A stretch of DNA of 15,242 bases from Prochlorococcus sp. AG-355-B18. GTDB taxonomy: Bacteria; Cyanobacteriota; Cyanobacteriia; PCC-6307; Cyanobiaceae. Numbering within the stretch: position 1 is the stretch's first letter; every line of letters starts with the position of its first letter. The position numbers and the translations under genes were made by a program. A model generated the notes under the pieces. It worked only from the letters and a program-made list of their open reading frames with translations, was not told the origin of the DNA and ran no database searches. Positions 1-7,975 of this stretch are shown piece by piece. The stretch lies in NCBI GenBank assembly GCA_003280965.1, contig QCDI01000017.1:1-15242 (forward strand), read 5' to 3'.

Positions 1-177
1 CCTCTAGATAAAATTTCAATTTAAAATTCTTTTATTAAAAACTACATTTAATAATTTTTTAAATATATCTTAAATCCAAACTTGTTTTTTGAATGTTAGG
101 TTACTCAAACGTTCATCCAATATTTGGACGCATGACATGAGAATAGGGAACGGGATTCTCATTAACTGCATAAGATC

Positions 178-348
178 ATGAATGAGCTCTTTCAAATAAG
201 AGAAAAAATCACAAGAGCCAGGAGGCTTTATGAAGCGCAAATCTTGGCAACTAAAAATGGAGAAGTAACTCCATATAGAAGATCAGTCTTTGAAGAAAGA
301 ATCAAGCAAGCACAAAAAGAAATGAGATCGCAAGATACCAAAAAATAA
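178..348 (+). CDS. small hypothetical protein, 56 aa (MNELFQIREKITRARRLYEAQILATKNGEVTPYRRSVFEERIKQAQKEMRSQDTKK)
   Basis: Read by hand: ATG 178 to TAA 346-348, helical charged composition, convergent with the 367..615 gene. Below the ORF-track cutoff. It may be the 3' remnant of a longer gene (in-frame TAA at 163-165). Confidence 0.45.
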   Translation: MNELFQIREKITRARRLYEAQILATKNGEVTPYRRSVFEERIKQAQKEMRSQDTKK

Positions 349-366
349 ATTCTTTTTTGTCAAAAT

Positions 367-615
367 CTATTTTGTATCAGCTACGTTCTTGAAGAAATCA
401 CAATAAGCAATTAATTCTGATTCGGTTTCGATTTTGAGATTTAAATCATTAATTGCTTTCTTGGTATCAATTCTATATCCATACCAATCGAGACAAACTT
501 CTCTCTGCTTTTGGGTTTCAGAAATCTTTTGAATATCTATTTTGTTTGAGTTATTAGTACAACTCGCAAGGAAAATAGTTGAGAGAGCAAATAGTGGGAA
601 TAGAAGTCTTTTCAT
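367..615 (-). CDS. small lipoprotein of unknown function, copy A
   Basis: Basic N-terminus, hydrophobic stretch and lipobox LASC. The C-terminal ~52 aa are nearly identical to 7304..7546. Confidence 0.8.
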   Translation of the reverse strand: MKRLLFPLFALSTIFLASCTNNSNKIDIQKISETQKQREVCLDWYGYRIDTKKAINDLNLKIETESELIAYCDFFKNVADTK

Positions 616-925
616 TTGTTAATCACGACAAGTTTCCGTTGTTGCTGAAGAAGTCCAAGATGATTCTTCCATTGTTGAAAGGTCAACTCTATGGGTTGAC
701 ATCCAGTCACCATTAGCTTCCACAAACTTCTGAACATTACCTTCTGGAGCTTGATGAATAACAATAACTTTTTGAGGATCTTCCTTACTTACTCCTCTAA
801 AAAGTGGCTTGATATCAAATTCTGAATGCCTTTTATCTGCTTCTGCACTTATCAAATATTGCAGCCCATTCATCGAAAGTGCTTTCTATTTTAAAAGTAA
901 ACACGGAGGTAATTGAACAAGACAT
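371..925. repeat. direct repeat copy A of DUF3764-like + lipoprotein cassette
   Basis: Manual alignment: 371-524 vs 7311-7464 has 14 mismatches in 154 nt (~91%); 651-925 vs 7582-7855 has 37 mismatches + 1 indel in 275 nt (~86%). The middle 525-650 does not align. Confidence 0.9.
619..925 (-). pseudogene. DUF3764-like protein, copy A, +1 frameshift
   Basis: True start ATG at 925 (MSCSITSVFTFKIESTFDEWAAIFD) aligns to the paralog at 7568..7855. An extra T at 849/850 (ttctgcacTTatc vs ttctgcacTatc) shifts the frame; the span is 307 nt = 306+1. The ORF-track start at 873 is an artefact. A sequencing error is possible. Confidence 0.8.
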
Positions 926-975
926 AATAAAGATATTGTTTGTATGTAAAATAAATCTATTTTATTAAGGCTTGG

Positions 976-1512
976 TTAATTATCTTTAAACGGAATTAAA
1001 ATACCTTTTTTTTCAAATTTGAGCCAACCTTTTTTTTCTAGTATTTTTAAATTTCTCGTTACGGTTACTCTTGTTGAAGAAATTGAATTACCGATAATTT
1101 TATGGGTAAAATTAAATTCTTTTAAATTTAGATAAATATGTTTATTTTTTTTTAAGCCAATTATTGATGATAAGTATAAAAGAAATTCTTTTAGTTTTTC
1201 TTCTGATTTTTTTATATCACTTATTAATAAAAGTTTTTCCAATTGATCAATTCTTTTTAAGCTTTTTGTTAATAATTCTGAAGATGAAAAAAATAGCCCT
1301 CTTTCAATTGTTTTAATTTCGCAAATTGTCAACGCAATTAATTTAATATTTTTGTAGTTACACAATGTCAAATTTATTACAACATTTTCATTTATTATCC
1401 CAATAATTTTTTTCTTATTCTTAATTTTTGATTCCATTATTAATATTCCTGATTTAACTTCTAGAATTGTATTTTCTTTAAATTCTATATTTTGTTTTTC
1501 AGGAATTATCAT
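976..1512 (-). CDS. Crp/Fnr-family transcriptional regulator (NtcA/PtrA-like HTH)
   Basis: C-terminal HTH FTHKIIGNSISSTRVTVTRNLKILEKKGWL with the STRVTVTR recognition helix typical of cyanobacterial Crp proteins. The N-terminal effector domain is short and degenerate. Confidence 0.85.
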   Translation of the reverse strand: MIIPEKQNIEFKENTILEVKSGILIMESKIKNKKKIIGIINENVVINLTLCNYKNIKLIALTICEIKTIERGLFFSSSELLTKSLKRIDQLEKLLLISDIKKSEEKLKEFLLYLSSIIGLKKNKHIYLNLKEFNFTHKIIGNSISSTRVTVTRNLKILEKKGWLKFEKKGILIPFKDN

Positions 1513-1624
1513 ATTTATTTCTTAATATGCTTTCACCTTAAATTTATAAAGTTAAAAATAAATTAAAAATTATTTAATTCCCTAGTCAAATCTGATTAAA
1601 AATTTAGAAACTCAAAATAAAATA

Positions 1625-1665
1625 ATTAATCTGAATTTAAACTCTTTTTGGGAAAAAGTTAATCT
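1625..1665 (+). promoter_or_regulatory. candidate cyanobacterial Pho box (PhoB/SphR site)
   Basis: ATTAATCT (1625), TTTAAACT (1636) and GTTAATCT (1658) each match YTTAAYY(T/A) at 7/8 and lie in 11-bp phase, 40-80 nt upstream of phnD. The AT-rich background weakens the match. Confidence 0.45.
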
Positions 1666-1705
1666 CTTTAGAGCAAGGTAAATATGAAGAATAAATTCAA
1701 CACTA

Positions 1706-2704
1706 ATGAGAAATTTTTTAAAGATAGTATTAGGACTATCAATAATCAGTGCAAGCATTTCAAGTTGTGGAAATAAATCAAATGATTTAATTGGAGATTT
1801 AGATTTATCTGATTGCAATCCAAATAATACTGTTAACAGCAAATATTGTGATCGCGATGGGGATTTTCTCGCAGATCTACCCCTTTCCGAAGATGAATGG
1901 ATAGATCCTGAAACCATTGTGTTCTCATATACACCTGTTGAAGACCCATCCGTTTATGCCAAAGTATGGGAAGATTTTGTAATGCATATGTCTAAGGTGA
2001 CTGGTAAAAAAGTCACTTTCTTACCAGTTCAATCTTATGCTGCTCAAGTTGAGGCGATGAGATCCGGACGTCTTCATGTAGCAGGAATTAATACTGGAAG
2101 TAATACAGTGGCAGCGGCATGTGCAGGAGCAGTTCCTTTTGGAATGATGGCTAAAAAAGATTTATCTTACGGTTATGAAATGGAAATTATCGTTCCTTCT
2201 GATAGCCCAATTAATTCTCCTGCAGATTTAAAAGGTAAAAAAGTCACATTTACATCTAAGACATCTAACTCTGGATTCAAAGCACCATCGGCCATTCTTA
2301 AAGGAGAATTTGGTCTTGAGGCAAACAAAGATTTTACTCCAGTCTTCTCTGGTAAACATCAAAATTCAATAATGGGTGTTGCAAATAAAGATTATGAAGT
2401 AGCACCAATTGCTAACTCAGTTCTTACAAGAATGGATGCAAGGGGCGTTGTTGATTCTTCTAAAATAAGAACTATTTATAAATCCCAAACCTTCCCAACA
2501 ACAGGTTATGCACATGCTCATAATCTCCACCCAACTGTAGTTGCAAAAGTTAAGCAAGCTTTTTACACCTATAACTGGGATAATTCGACATTAGATAAAG
2601 AATTTAAAAAGGCTGATAGATTTATTTCAATAAGTCACAAGCACGATTGGGATGTTATTAGAAAAATAGATAAGGCTAATGGTGTTGTTTATGATTGTAA
2701 ATAA
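1706..2704 (+). CDS. phnD: phosphate/phosphite/phosphonate ABC transporter substrate-binding lipoprotein (PhnD-like)
   Basis: Lipobox ISSC; PhnD-family motifs EAMRSGRLHVA, DLKGKKVTFTSKTSNSGFKAP and FSGKHQNSI; first gene of a phnC/phnE operon. Confidence 0.9.
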   Translation: MRNFLKIVLGLSIISASISSCGNKSNDLIGDLDLSDCNPNNTVNSKYCDRDGDFLADLPLSEDEWIDPETIVFSYTPVEDPSVYAKVWEDFVMHMSKVTGKKVTFLPVQSYAAQVEAMRSGRLHVAGINTGSNTVAAACAGAVPFGMMAKKDLSYGYEMEIIVPSDSPINSPADLKGKKVTFTSKTSNSGFKAPSAILKGEFGLEANKDFTPVFSGKHQNSIMGVANKDYEVAPIANSVLTRMDARGVVDSSKIRTIYKSQTFPTTGYAHAHNLHPTVVAKVKQAFYTYNWDNSTLDKEFKKADRFISISHKHDWDVIRKIDKANGVVYDCK

Positions 2705-2735
2705 AAACTTTTAATCATAAATAAAATCAGACTTA

Positions 2736-3503
2736 ATGCTTAAAACAATAAACCTCAAAAAGGTTTATCCAAATGGAGAAGAGGCGCTTAAAGGAATAAA
2801 CCTGGAAGTTCCTAGTGGACAAGTAGTAGCTCTTATTGGTCCTTCAGGTGCTGGTAAAAGTACATTTATTAGAACGATAAATAGATTAGTTGAGCCCACT
2901 TCAGGAAAAGTATATTTCGCTAATGAAAAATATGATATAACGTCCTTAAATAAATCTAAATTAAGAAAAATAAGAAGACAAATTGGAATGATTTTCCAGG
3001 AATTCGCTTTGGTAGAAAGATTAAGTGTAATGGAAAATGTTCTTTCCGGCAGATTAGGTTACGTAGGATTTTGGATAAGTTTTTTCAGGAAATTTCCTCA
3101 AAAAGATATTGAAGAAGCATTCCGTCTGCTTCAAAGAATTGGACTAGAGCATATGCTTGATAAAAGAGCCGATGAATTGTCAGGAGGGCAGAGGCAAAGG
3201 GTAGGAATTGCTAGAGCTTTGATACAAAATCCAATTTTACTTTTAGTAGATGAACCTACAGCTAGTTTAGATCCCAAAAATTCCAGGCAAATTATGCGAT
3301 TAATATGCGAGTTATGTAAGGAAAGAAATCTTGCTGCGATTATAAATATTCATGATGTTTTTCTTGCTCAGAATTTTGCAGAAAGAATAATAGGTTTAAA
3401 AGATGGAGAAATTGTTTACGATGGCAAGCCAAGTGGCTTATCAGAGACAATACTTACAAAAATATATGGAGAAGAAGACTGGTCTAAAACCATAGCAAAT
3501 TAG
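2736..3503 (+). CDS. phnC: phosphonate-type ABC transporter ATP-binding protein
   Basis: Walker A GPSGAGKS, signature LSGGQRQR, Walker [14 protein letters not shown], and the PhnC-typical NVLSGRLGY segment. Confidence 0.93.
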   Translation: MLKTINLKKVYPNGEEALKGINLEVPSGQVVALIGPSGAGKSTFIRTINRLVEPTSGKVYFANEKYDITSLNKSKLRKIRRQIGMIFQEFALVERLSVMENVLSGRLGYVGFWISFFRKFPQKDIEEAFRLLQRIGLEHMLDKRADELSGGQRQRVGIARALIQNPILLLVDEPTASLDPKNSRQIMRLICELCKERNLAAIINIHDVFLAQNFAERIIGLKDGEIVYDGKPSGLSETILTKIYGEEDWSKTIAN

Positions 3504-3514
3504 AAATATATTAA

Positions 3515-4312
3515 ATGAAATATAAGAAAGTAATTTGGGAAAGAAAACCGTTAATAAAAAATAGGTTATTAAGAATTGGATTAATTTTGCTATTTAGTAA
3601 TTACTTATTATCTGTTTTCCTAACTACCGAAATTGATTGGCAAAGAATTCTTGAAGGGATCCCAAGGGGTAAAAATTTTATATTTGCTTTTTTCCCTCCA
3701 GATTTTATAACTAGATCTGATGAGATTTTGGCAGGTATTTTTGAAAGTCTATGGATGACTATTGTTGCAACTATTGTAGGGATACTTATTTCTATACCTG
3801 TCTCCTTGGGGGCAGCTAAAAACATAGCCCCTAAATTTGTTTATTTTTTATCAAGAGGAGTTATCACATTATCGAGGAGTTTTCAGGAGGTTATCTTAGC
3901 AATATTTTTTGTTAAGTTAATGGGTTTTGGACCTTTTGCTGGGATGGTAACTCTGAGTTTATCGACAATAGGGTTTTTCGCTAAATTATTATCTGAAGAT
4001 ATTGAAGACATAAATAAATCCCAAGCAGAAGCAATCAAATCTACTGGCAGCAGTTGGTTTCAATGGGTTAATTATGGTGTCCAACCTCAAGTTATGCCAA
4101 GATTTATTGGATTATCCTTATACAGATTGGATATTAATTTTAGAGAGTCAGCGGTAATTGGAATTGTTGGGGGAGGAGGTATTGGTTCTACCTTAAATAC
4201 AGCTTTTGATAGATATGAATTTGAGACTGCAGCGGCTGTTCTTATCGTAATTATTTCTATCGTGATGATTGTTGAATATACATCTAGTCATCTCAGGAAA
4301 TTAATAAAGTAA
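3515..4312 (+). CDS. phnE: phosphonate-type ABC transporter permease 1
   Basis: Multiple TM segments, FFPPD motif, EAA loop EAIKSTG, DINFRESAVIGIVGGGGIG. Confidence 0.92.
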   Translation: MKYKKVIWERKPLIKNRLLRIGLILLFSNYLLSVFLTTEIDWQRILEGIPRGKNFIFAFFPPDFITRSDEILAGIFESLWMTIVATIVGILISIPVSLGAAKNIAPKFVYFLSRGVITLSRSFQEVILAIFFVKLMGFGPFAGMVTLSLSTIGFFAKLLSEDIEDINKSQAEAIKSTGSSWFQWVNYGVQPQVMPRFIGLSLYRLDINFRESAVIGIVGGGGIGSTLNTAFDRYEFETAAAVLIVIISIVMIVEYTSSHLRKLIK

Positions 4313-5127
4313 TGCCAATAATAAAACAAAAGGATTACAAAACCTGGAAAAAATTTGATCGAAAAAGAGATTTACAAAACTGGCTTTGTTGGTTTTTAGG
4401 CACTTTAATTTTTAGCTTTTGTTTCGGTCTGATTAGTAGTAAAACAATCTGGTTTTATGTTTTTGATTCACATAATGAGGCTTTAGATCTTTTAGGTAGG
4501 ATGTTTCCTCCAGAAACTAATTATTTCTTCACTTTAATAAAACCTATTTGGGATACTTTAAATATCGCGACAATTGGTACAACGATTGGAACTTTAATTG
4601 CAATCCCATTAGCTTTTTTATCCGCAAACAATACTACTCCGAGTAAAAAGTTTATAAGACCTTTAGCCTTATTTTGCATAGTTTCAAGCAGATCAATTAA
4701 TTCAGTAATCTGGGCATTACTTCTGGTTGCAGTTGTCGGTCCCGGAGTCTTGGCTGGCATAATTGCTATCGGATTAAGATCGATAGGATTTTGTGGAAAA
4801 TTGCTCTATGAAGCTATAGAGGAAATTGATGAAAACCAAATTGAAGCTATTGAGGCAACAGGGGCTAATAAAGCACAAATTATGACCTTTGGCATAGTGC
4901 CTCAAATTCTCCCAGCATTTACAAGTATTTCTATTTATAGGTGGGATATAAACATTAGAGAAGCAACTGTTGTTGGCTTAGTTGGAGCAGGAGGTATAGG
5001 GATAGAATTAGATGCTCAAATAGGAGACTTAGCTTGGGCTAAGGTATCAGTTATTTTATTAGTAATAGTACTAGCGGTTGTTTTTAGTGAATGGATTACA
5101 GCAAAAATAAGAAAAGCTATTATTTAG
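4312..5127 (+). CDS. phnE: phosphonate-type ABC transporter permease 2
   Basis: RMFPP motif, EAA loop EAIEATGA, WDINIREATVVGLVGAGGIG; start overlaps the previous stop (TAATG). Confidence 0.92.
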   Translation: MPIIKQKDYKTWKKFDRKRDLQNWLCWFLGTLIFSFCFGLISSKTIWFYVFDSHNEALDLLGRMFPPETNYFFTLIKPIWDTLNIATIGTTIGTLIAIPLAFLSANNTTPSKKFIRPLALFCIVSSRSINSVIWALLLVAVVGPGVLAGIIAIGLRSIGFCGKLLYEAIEEIDENQIEAIEATGANKAQIMTFGIVPQILPAFTSISIYRWDINIREATVVGLVGAGGIGIELDAQIGDLAWAKVSVILLVIVLAVVFSEWITAKIRKAII

Positions 5128-5258
5128 TTCATTATGATACAAAGTTATTTAGTTTCTATTAGTATGAATTAACCATAAATTAATTTTTTCTTATTTTCCC
5201 CTTAGTGAAACTAATAAATAAACTAACTAAAATTTGTCATAAAAATAAGGAAGATTTT

Positions 5259-5411
5259 ATGAGTGGAGATTATGAGACATTGGAAATCAATCAACCTGAG
5301 ATTTCTTATTTTAAAAAAAGATCAGAAGATAATACTTTATGGCTAGAGGAAATGATTAAGGAAATTGAAATGATTGAAGATACGAATAACAACATATCTG
5401 ATGCTGCTTAA
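5259..5411 (+). CDS. small acidic hypothetical protein (~50 aa, MSGDYETLEINQPEISYF...)
   Basis: ORF track 5205..5411 uses a GTG. The ATG at 5259 is preceded by AAGGAAG and is the more likely start. Confidence 0.6.
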   Translation: MSGDYETLEINQPEISYFKKRSEDNTLWLEEMIKEIEMIEDTNNNISDAA

Positions 5412-5685
5412 TCTACGACGATTTTTTATTACTGATATTTATTGGAGTAATCGTTTATAAATTATCAACAATACTATTCCCCACATATGCCATAAATTGC
5501 ATAGGATGGAATATTAAACAAAGAGGGTTCTTTCCTCTATATTAGATCGACTGTCTATCGTATTTAAAATAGCGGTGCAAGTGGTGAGCTTTTCATTTAG
5601 AAGATAATATTTTCTTCTTCAAGTTTTTTCTGTTTTTCTTTTATTTATATTTAATATATTTCATTAACTTAATTATCTTTGATAT

Positions 5686-6087
5686 TTAAGCAGCTTCTAG
5701 ATTGGATTCTTTTTGTTCAAAATTTGCTTTTTTTTCCTTAATTTCTTGATTAGCCCATTGTAATAATCTTATAGATAATTTCAAGTCTCCCTCTAACCAT
5801 GCCCTAATAGCCATTGCCCTTCTAGGATCATAAAATTTTTTCTTTCTATACCAATCAAAAACATTCTCATCTGATTTGTCTCCATTGCATGAAAGACAAG
5901 CTGGAACGCAATTTTCTGTTATGTTTAATCCCCCTTGACTTCGTGGCAATATATGATCAATAGATTCTGAAGGTTTTCCGCAATATATGCATCTTTTGCT
6001 CGTAAATGTATGAATAGACTTTCGCCAAAATCTTAATTTGAGTTTAGGGCATAAATCCTCTAAAAACACTGCATCATTGATATGCAT
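5686..6087 (-). CDS. HNH endonuclease family protein
   Basis: CIYCG...SIDHILPRSQGG...ENCVPACLSCNGDKS, a zinc-binding HNH motif. Confidence 0.9.
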   Translation of the reverse strand: MHINDAVFLEDLCPKLKLRFWRKSIHTFTSKRCIYCGKPSESIDHILPRSQGGLNITENCVPACLSCNGDKSDENVFDWYRKKKFYDPRRAMAIRAWLEGDLKLSIRLLQWANQEIKEKKANFEQKESNLEAA

Positions 6088-6192
6088 TAAGATTATTCAG
6101 TTACCTATATTTATCTCATATGAAATTTAAAAATAATTTAAGAAAATATTATCTTTAAGAAATTAAATTATTTTTTAAAAGCAAGCCTTAAT

Positions 6193-6561
6193 TTAGAAAT
6201 TAATTTTTGTTTTTACTCTGTTTTTATTTTGGGATTTGAATTCAAAAAGTCCTGTATCAGTAAATATAGTCAACTCATCTCCAGATGTCTCTTCAATTGA
6301 AATTCCTTCATACTCTAAATTTTTTAAATAAACATTACCAATAAGTTTTAGAGATTTATCATCCTTGTCAAAAGAAAGCTTGTCCGAATAAGCCTCAAAA
6401 TTACCACTATTACTCTTAATGACTACATTTCCTTTAGCCTCTAAATCACCTTTTAAAGTATTTATTTGAGAATCAGATGTAATTGTGTAATTAGTTAATT
6501 CCTCAGCAAAAGAAAATTCAGCTAAAAGAAATAAAAAAGATGCAAAAAATAAGCTTTTCAT
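6193..6561 (-). CDS. exported LptA/OstA-like beta-jellyroll protein
   Basis: Signal peptide ending SFA; ITSDSQ, AKGNVVI and LIGNVYL repeats typical of OstA/LptA domains. Confidence 0.65.
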   Translation of the reverse strand: MKSLFFASFLFLLAEFSFAEELTNYTITSDSQINTLKGDLEAKGNVVIKSNSGNFEAYSDKLSFDKDDKSLKLIGNVYLKNLEYEGISIEETSGDELTIFTDTGLFEFKSQNKNRVKTKINF

Positions 6562-6915
6562 TTACTCCCAACCCTTTTCTGCATTTTTAATAATCCATTG
6601 AGCAAGAACCTTATCCTCTCCATCTTTCAATTTATTTTTATAACCCTTCATAAAACCAATCCCATCATTAGCAATTATTATTATTGAATTTACATCTGCT
6701 ATTCCTCTTTTTTCAAGGTCAGAAAGTTTTAATGATTTGGATCCTTTAAGAACGACTGATCCACCTCTTACATGGCAGCCTGCACAAACATTTTTAAAAA
6801 TTGTTTCTCCATCTCTCATATCAGAAGCCATTAGATATCTATTTTGCATAGAGGTTTGAAAAATAATTATTAAAGTTATTACAGGTATTACGAATAGAAA
6901 TTTAAATATTTTCAT
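6562..6915 (-). CDS. class I cytochrome c (cytochrome c6-like paralog)
   Basis: Heme motif CAGCH, GETIF before it, KSLKLSDL, and probable axial Met in GIGFMKGY; N-terminal hydrophobic leader. Start placed at MKIFKF (6915) rather than 6954. Confidence 0.85.
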   Translation of the reverse strand: MKIFKFLFVIPVITLIIIFQTSMQNRYLMASDMRDGETIFKNVCAGCHVRGGSVVLKGSKSLKLSDLEKRGIADVNSIIIIANDGIGFMKGYKNKLKDGEDKVLAQWIIKNAEKGWE

Positions 6916-7095
6916 TTGATCTAGTTGACCTAATACTAATATAGCTTGAAACAAGTCTTGATTAATTTAATTACCGATTTTTTAGGATCTTTTTTTGGAT
7001 AATAATTAACAATTAAATAATTAGATGATTTTTTGAGTGAGAGACTTGCATTTTTAGAAAATAAAGGGAATATAAAGAAAATAATAATAATTCCA

Positions 7096-7278
7096 ATGGA
7101 ATCAATTAAAAACCCAAAAAGAATTATTAAGAAACAGCTTAAAAATGTTAATAAAGCAATTATTGAAATTGCAGAAATGAAATTTGTAAATATTGAAGAA
7201 AAAGAAGAAAAATTAGATGCTCTTCTTTTTTTAAAGAATCAAATATTGAGGAAGGCGGATAAGTTAGAAATTAAATAA
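7096..7278 (+). CDS. small coiled-coil hypothetical protein (~60 aa)
   Basis: ORF track 7033..7278 uses a TTG; the ATG at 7096 (MESIKNPK) is more plausible. Lys/Glu-rich heptad pattern. Confidence 0.55.
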   Translation: MESIKNPKRIIKKQLKNVNKAIIEIAEMKFVNIEEKEEKLDALLFLKNQILRKADKLEIK

Positions 7279-7303
7279 CTAAATAATTGTAGATATTAAA
7301 TCT

Positions 7304-7546
7304 TTATTTTTTTGTATCAGCTACATTCTTAAAGAAATCACAATAAGTCATCAATTCTGACTCGGTTTCGATTTTGAGATTTAAATCGTTAATTGCCTTC
7401 TTGGTATCAATTCTGTAGCCATACCAATCTAAACAAACTTCTCTCTGCCTTTGGGTTTCTGAAACTGAGATCGGATCTGTCATTGAAGTCTTGGAACAAC
7501 CCCAAATGAAAATAATTAAAGGGATGTAGAAAATTCCTTGTTTCAT
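7304..7546 (-). CDS. small lipoprotein of unknown function, copy B
   Basis: Lipobox-like IWGC after a hydrophobic stretch; C-terminal domain shared with 367..615. Confidence 0.8.
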   Translation of the reverse strand: MKQGIFYIPLIIFIWGCSKTSMTDPISVSETQRQREVCLDWYGYRIDTKKAINDLNLKIETESELMTYCDFFKNVADTKK

Positions 7547-7855
7547 TTCTAAATCTCAATAAGTTTTCTATGATTCTGAATAAGTCCAAGAAGATTCTTC
7601 CATAGTTGAAAGATCGACTCTATGCGTTGCCATCCAATCACCATTAGCTTCAACAAACTTTTGAACATTACCTTCTGGAGCCTGATGTATGACAATAACT
7701 TTTTGAGGATCTTTTTTGCTTACACCTCTAAATAGTGGCTTAATAAGAAATTCAGAATGTCTTTTATCGGCTTCTGCACTATCAAATATTGCTGCCCATT
7801 CTTCGAAAGTACTTTCAATTTTGAATGTAAAAATAGAGGTTACTGAGCTAGTCAT
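7311..7855. repeat. direct repeat copy B of DUF3764-like + lipoprotein cassette
   Basis: See copy A. Offsets are 6930-6940 nt, same orientation. Confidence 0.9.
7568..7855 (-). CDS. DUF3764-like protein, copy B (intact)
   Basis: 95 aa intact ORF, paralog of 619..925. The family was recognised from TSVFTFKIESTFEEW and RGVSKKDPQKVIVIHQAPEG (from memory, not searched). Confidence 0.8.
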   Translation of the reverse strand: MTSSVTSIFTFKIESTFEEWAAIFDSAEADKRHSEFLIKPLFRGVSKKDPQKVIVIHQAPEGNVQKFVEANGDWMATHRVDLSTMEESSWTYSES

Positions 7856-7975
7856 AAAAAAAGCGTATAGGTTTATATTCTAGATTGAGTGTCAATTAAG
7901 ACTTTGTTAAGTATGGGTTAAGGAAATTATTTAAATATTAATCTAGAGTTTAAATTAATATTTTTGGATTAAAAA

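Noticed and set aside
1612..1917. 101-aa - strand ORF
   Set aside because: Antisense shadow of phnD; no recognisable motif.
3601..4760. - strand ORFs 3601..3825 and 4521..4760
   Set aside because: Antisense shadows inside the two phnE genes.
4792..4800. Perfect DnaA box on the - strand
   Set aside because: Isolated and inside the phnE coding sequence.
5412..5685. Coding-like fragments on the - strand between the 50-aa ORF and HNH
   Set aside because: Stops in all frames and no recognisable homolog, so a pseudogene call cannot be supported.
5686..6087. HNH as a defence system or homing endonuclease
   Set aside because: Stand-alone small HNH with no methylase, Cas, intron or other partner in the window.
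964..6192. Short inverted repeats as IS-like ends (TGGTTAATT 973/5167; ATTAAGGCTTG 964/6182)
   Set aside because: 9-11 bp matches are expected by chance in 15 kb of AT-rich DNA; no transposase or target-site duplication.
7407..7589. 60-aa - strand ORF
   Set aside because: Alternative frame overlapping the lipoprotein and DUF3764-like genes, both of which have paralog support.
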